A stretch of DNA of 63,830 bases, the filler included, from Octopus bimaculoides (Eukaryota): the NCBI RefSeq assembly GCF_001194135.2. It is 5 parts of 5 records of this genome, joined end to end, with 100 filler letters (N's around TTAATTAATTAA, not from the genome) between each part and the next. Parts side by side here need not be neighbours in the genome. Positions count along the whole stretch, not along the records: positions 56,130 to 62,668 come from NW_026348009.1; positions 62,769 to 63,830 come from NW_026384300.1; 3 more parts are not named here. One strand, written 5' to 3'. Positions 59,801-63,830 of this stretch are shown here, piece by piece (positions within the stretch are counted from its first letter, which is position 1; every line of letters begins with the position of its first letter). The translations under genes and the position numbers were made by a program. Under the pieces are notes generated by a model. It was given only the letters and a program-made list of their open reading frames with translations, made no database searches and was not told the DNA's origin.

Positions 59801-61344
59801 ACAGAACAACTGAAACCACAATTCCTAATCTTCCCATTATATCAATTTGTTATTTGGGCCTCAACGCAAGTGCGACTAAATAAAGAGGCCACATTTATCG
59901 AAAAATATAGATCAAAACTAAGTATAAATCCGTATTGCAAATTACAGATTTACCTCCCTTTTACTGAAAAATACATTGGTTACTAACTATCCCCAGCTAA
60001 CAAACAAAATTTCTCATTTCGAATTTCATCCAACACTCAAAATTTGAAAAGCATTAGCGAAACCGGTTATTGTGTTAGAGGAAAACGATCTTATTTTGTA
60101 TAATATTGTAAAATACCTTTGCCATGGCGATTTCAATATATTCTTTAGCCTTGTAAAACAAATCTTTTTTCCTATATATNNNNNNNNNNNNNNNNNNNNN
60201 NNNNNNNNNNNNNNNNNNNNNNNNNNNNNNNNNNNNNNNNNNNNNNNNNNNNNNNNNNNNNNNNNNNNNNNNNNNNNNNNNNNNNNNNNNNNNNNNNNNN
60301 NNNNNNNNNNNNNNNNNNNNNNNNNNNNNNNNNNNNNNNNNNNNNNNNNNNNNNNNNNNNNNNNNNNNNNNNNNNNNNNNNNNNNNNNNNNNNNNNNNNN
60401 NNNNNNNNNNNNNNNNNNNNNNNNNNNNNNNNNNNNNNNNNNNNNNNNNNNNNNNNNNNNNNNNNNNNNNNNNNNNNNNNNNNNNNNNNNNNNNNNNNNN
60501 NNNNNNNNNNNNNNNNNNNNNNNNNNNNNNNNNNNNNNNNNNNNNNNNNNNNNNNNNNNNNNNNNNNNNNNNNNNNNNNNNNNNNTATATATATGGGTAA
60601 GTATGTGGATGTATAAATGTATATGTATATATGTGTGTGTATGTGTATGCATATATACAATTTCTTAATTGTAAATTCTTACTACGCTCGCACGCACACA
60701 CACACACATACATATACAAGTACAGAGATTCACCAATACGCATGCGCCAACATATACTTTCATTCTTAGCTATTTCCATTTTAAAATAAAATTTTTCAGC
60801 CAAACTGTCACCTTTTTCGCCTCAAAACCACGCAGACTTCAATTTGCTTTACTTCTCCGTCTGTTTATCCATTAAAATGCCATTTTCCCGAATTTACCAT
60901 TCTTACAAACACACACACACATACACAAGTACACGTCATACTTACACAGACATACAGAACGCATGCGCATTCACAAACACGCACGTGCCGTACCTATAGA
61001 CCATCCCTAGGAAAATATTTCAAACGGAATCAGTAAGACTTCGCTTTCAATTCAGACATTTGCCGACACACACGCACTCCCAGACACACACACACACACA
61101 CACGTACACACATACACACAGGAACGCTCAGATACACATAAAGACACACACACGTTTTATCAATAAGCACACGCATATATAAGCATTCACATACACACAC
61201 ACACACACACGCACGCATAAGCAACCCGTACAAGCGTAGTTACAATAACACAATTAAATGCTTAAAATTCTTTATACTAAATAGAATAAAATATAATAAA
61301 ACAACAACAACAACAACAATAAAATACACACGGCAGGTATAGAC

Positions 61345-61490
61345 GCTGGCATGGCTGTGTAGATATGAAGCTTGTCTTGCAACCATGTGATCTCCGGTTC
61401 GGTTCCACTGCGTGGCACCTTGGGCAGATGTCTTCTGCTATAGCCTCAGAGTAGACCAAAGGATTGTGAGTGAATTTGGTTGACGAAAAC
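61345..61490 (+). mobile_element. SINE family A, 5' half
   Basis: gcatggctgtgtag...caaccatgtgatctccggttcggttccactgcgtggcaccttgggcagatgtcttc. Confidence 0.8.
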
Positions 61491-61771
61491 TGGAATTGCT
61501 CGAAATGAGGAGTAGATAAACAGCCGACAACTGATGAAGGGTCGTTCTTTATGTTACTTGTCTTGTTTTCCATTTGTTTCTCTCGTTGTTCGCCAAAAAG
61601 AGTTTGTCTTCGTATTTTATGTTGTTTTTCCTTACCAAAGTAGAACATTAGAAAATATCTTTTCGCGAGCGTGTGTGTGTTTGTGTGTTCGTACGTTTGT
61701 ATAAATGCAAAAATATATAGATGCATATGTGTATGTATATGTATATATGTATACATATACATTTATGTCTG

Positions 61772-61806
<35 letters not shown>

Positions 61807-61957
61807 CTGTGTGTGTGTGTGTGCATACATCAACTTGAAGAGTATATACAAATATAGACGCACATATGTATATATGAATTTCATACTTGTACAAATATAA
61901 TTTTATTTGTGTGTGTATACATGTATATATGTATATATATATATATATGTATATGTA

Positions 61958-62046
<89 letters not shown>

Positions 62047-62248
62047 CATATACATGTATCATGTATATAGACTTATATGCAAGTATATATACTCACACAT
62101 TACAAACATATCCATATAAATAATATTTATGTAGAAATACGCTCATATATGCTTACATACATGCCATGTGCATATACAAATGTATAGACATACATACATA
62201 CGCGTATATATATACATATATATATACACGTTTTCATATACATATATA

Positions 62249-62281
<33 letters not shown>

Positions 62282-63830
62282 ATGCGTGTGTGTGTGTGTA
62301 CATGTACGTGTGTAATCATTTTAGAGATATACTTTTTAACCTTACACCAACAGAGATTTCCACTCAAGAACTTTGGTATTTTCTGAAGCATGTGTCTCTC
62401 TCTAAAAAAATATGATTGGTATTTCCTTAAAGCGACGCAACTGACGTTCTTGTTTGTTGTGCTTCTGGTTGTTGTTGTTGTTGTTGTTGTTGTTGTCATT
62501 AATTCCGCTGGTGCCGGCGACGGCGGTAGTCGAAGGCATAGTAGATGTATTGCTGATTGCGAAAAGTTGAGTAATATTATGGTGAAGGGTTCTTATAACT
62601 GCCTCCACCCTCTCGCTCCCTCTCGTTCTCACTCTTTCTTTCATCTCTCTCTCTCTCTCTCTCTCTCCNNNNNNNNNNNNNNNNNNNNNNNNNNNNNNNN
62701 NNNNNNNNNNNNTTAATTAATTAANNNNNNNNNNNNNNNNNNNNNNNNNNNNNNNNNNNNNNNNNNNNCCCCTCCATTTTCTTATTGCTGTATAAATTAA
62801 GGGTAAAAAAACTTTTTATCTTCACCCATTTATTACATTCAGTAGTATAATTGCCATGCAATGAAAAAAACACTTGTGCATTAATAACTGGTTATTATAC
62901 CAGCAGTATATTGAATAGATATTATCCCTTAGTTGGTTGGATTCACAACCTCTAACTCTCTTGGAATTATATATATATACATAAAATATATCATATATAT
63001 ACATATATATATATGAGTTTTATAAACTTTATGAAATATATCGTTTGATTAACAATATAAATACCATATTTTATTATATCATACAATGAGTTTAACAGAG
63101 AAATTCTAAACCCTTCAGCAATCAGTAGAGATCACACCAGTATAAAGGAGGGTTTATAGACTTATAAAAAATAAAATAATAAAAAAAGGTAAAAATATAA
63201 ATAAAAATAAATAAAAGACAAAATATGTTTATGTAAACTACTCTTATAAAAAAAATTATAAAATGAAATAATGAAAAATAACATTACGAACGACGTAAAA
63301 AGTATAACGGAGGTAAAGAGAAATAAAATAAAATAAAAAAGAAAATAAATAAACAAAGATAAGTCAGATATGCATAAATAAAGTTAGTCAGAGGATAAAT
63401 AGAATAAGATAAAAATACCATTTGAAATGTTTATATCAATTATTTGTAACATGTAATAAACACATAGGAATCATAGTTCACAGAGGCTTCACGCAATACT
63501 TAGAGGATGCGCAAGATCAGTTAATGAGTTGCAAATTTACATACTATAACTGATAGGGAAAAAAACAAGTTTCTAGAATCTTAGAGAAATTAAAGTAATA
63601 TAAGTATATTAGGAATGTAGATTAAAATGGTAGCGGTTATAGGAGAGTAAAACTTCGTAAATTTCTAGACTGCCATCAAATCATGATACGATATGTATAT
63701 TATCTTATATATTATTATTATTCGGAGTTTGACCATCTTCTATACCTACACTTTAGAACAATCATGGCATCCGATGTGGCTTTTAAACCAGACAATGTTT
63801 TGAAAGGACACCCACATAGATTGCATATCC

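Noticed and set aside
22549-60803. Long ORFs of 150-630 aa in the ORF track (e.g. 22549-23727, 27207-28299, 49229-51210, 58095-59556, 60026-60803)
   Set aside because: They are open only because they run through N gaps and stop-poor microsatellites (YIYI, HTHT, CVCV, LSIY).
62330-62400. ...PLKNFGIF* as possible SLC16 exon 2 (resembles KSFGIF)
   Set aside because: In-frame TGA follows immediately, there is no hydrophobic TM1 continuation, and no compatible donor.
20980-62768. TTAATTAATTAA islands between N runs (21024, 40990, 56074, 62713) that look like a spaced repeat or conserved motif
   Set aside because: Each is exactly N44 + 12-mer + N44 = 100 nt. This is an artificial scaffolding linker, not biology.

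Overview
AT-rich, microsatellite-dense eukaryotic genomic DNA with about 20 assembly gaps. The SINE families and the (TA)n/(CA)n/(TATC)n load suggest an octopus or other coleoid cephalopod draft assembly (inference). Two host genes are supported. The first is a minus-strand galectin whose carbohydrate-recognition domain (CRD) splices cleanly from three exons (9183-9095, 7965-7758, 7554-7446). The second is the first coding exon of a plus-strand SLC16/MCT-type transporter (47534-47633); I found none of its downstream exons. Most other assignable sequence is decayed mobile DNA: a Ty3/Gypsy element with nested LTRs, three Tc1/mariner-superfamily relics, several Helitron pieces, RTE, Tx1/L1, CR1/L2 and CRE-like LINE fragments, a Penelope-like (PLE) GIY-YIG fragment, and many SINEs. 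I did not find a defensible new multi-gene system. The best second-look items are a hammerhead-ribozyme motif with all core nucleotides in one arm of a ~300-bp inverted repeat next to the PLE endonuclease, a second degenerate hammerhead, a ~690-bp fold-back element, a Cys-rich galectin with two competing 3' donors, and a 91-bp Helitron. All translations, alignments and folds were done by eye, so element boundaries are approximate.
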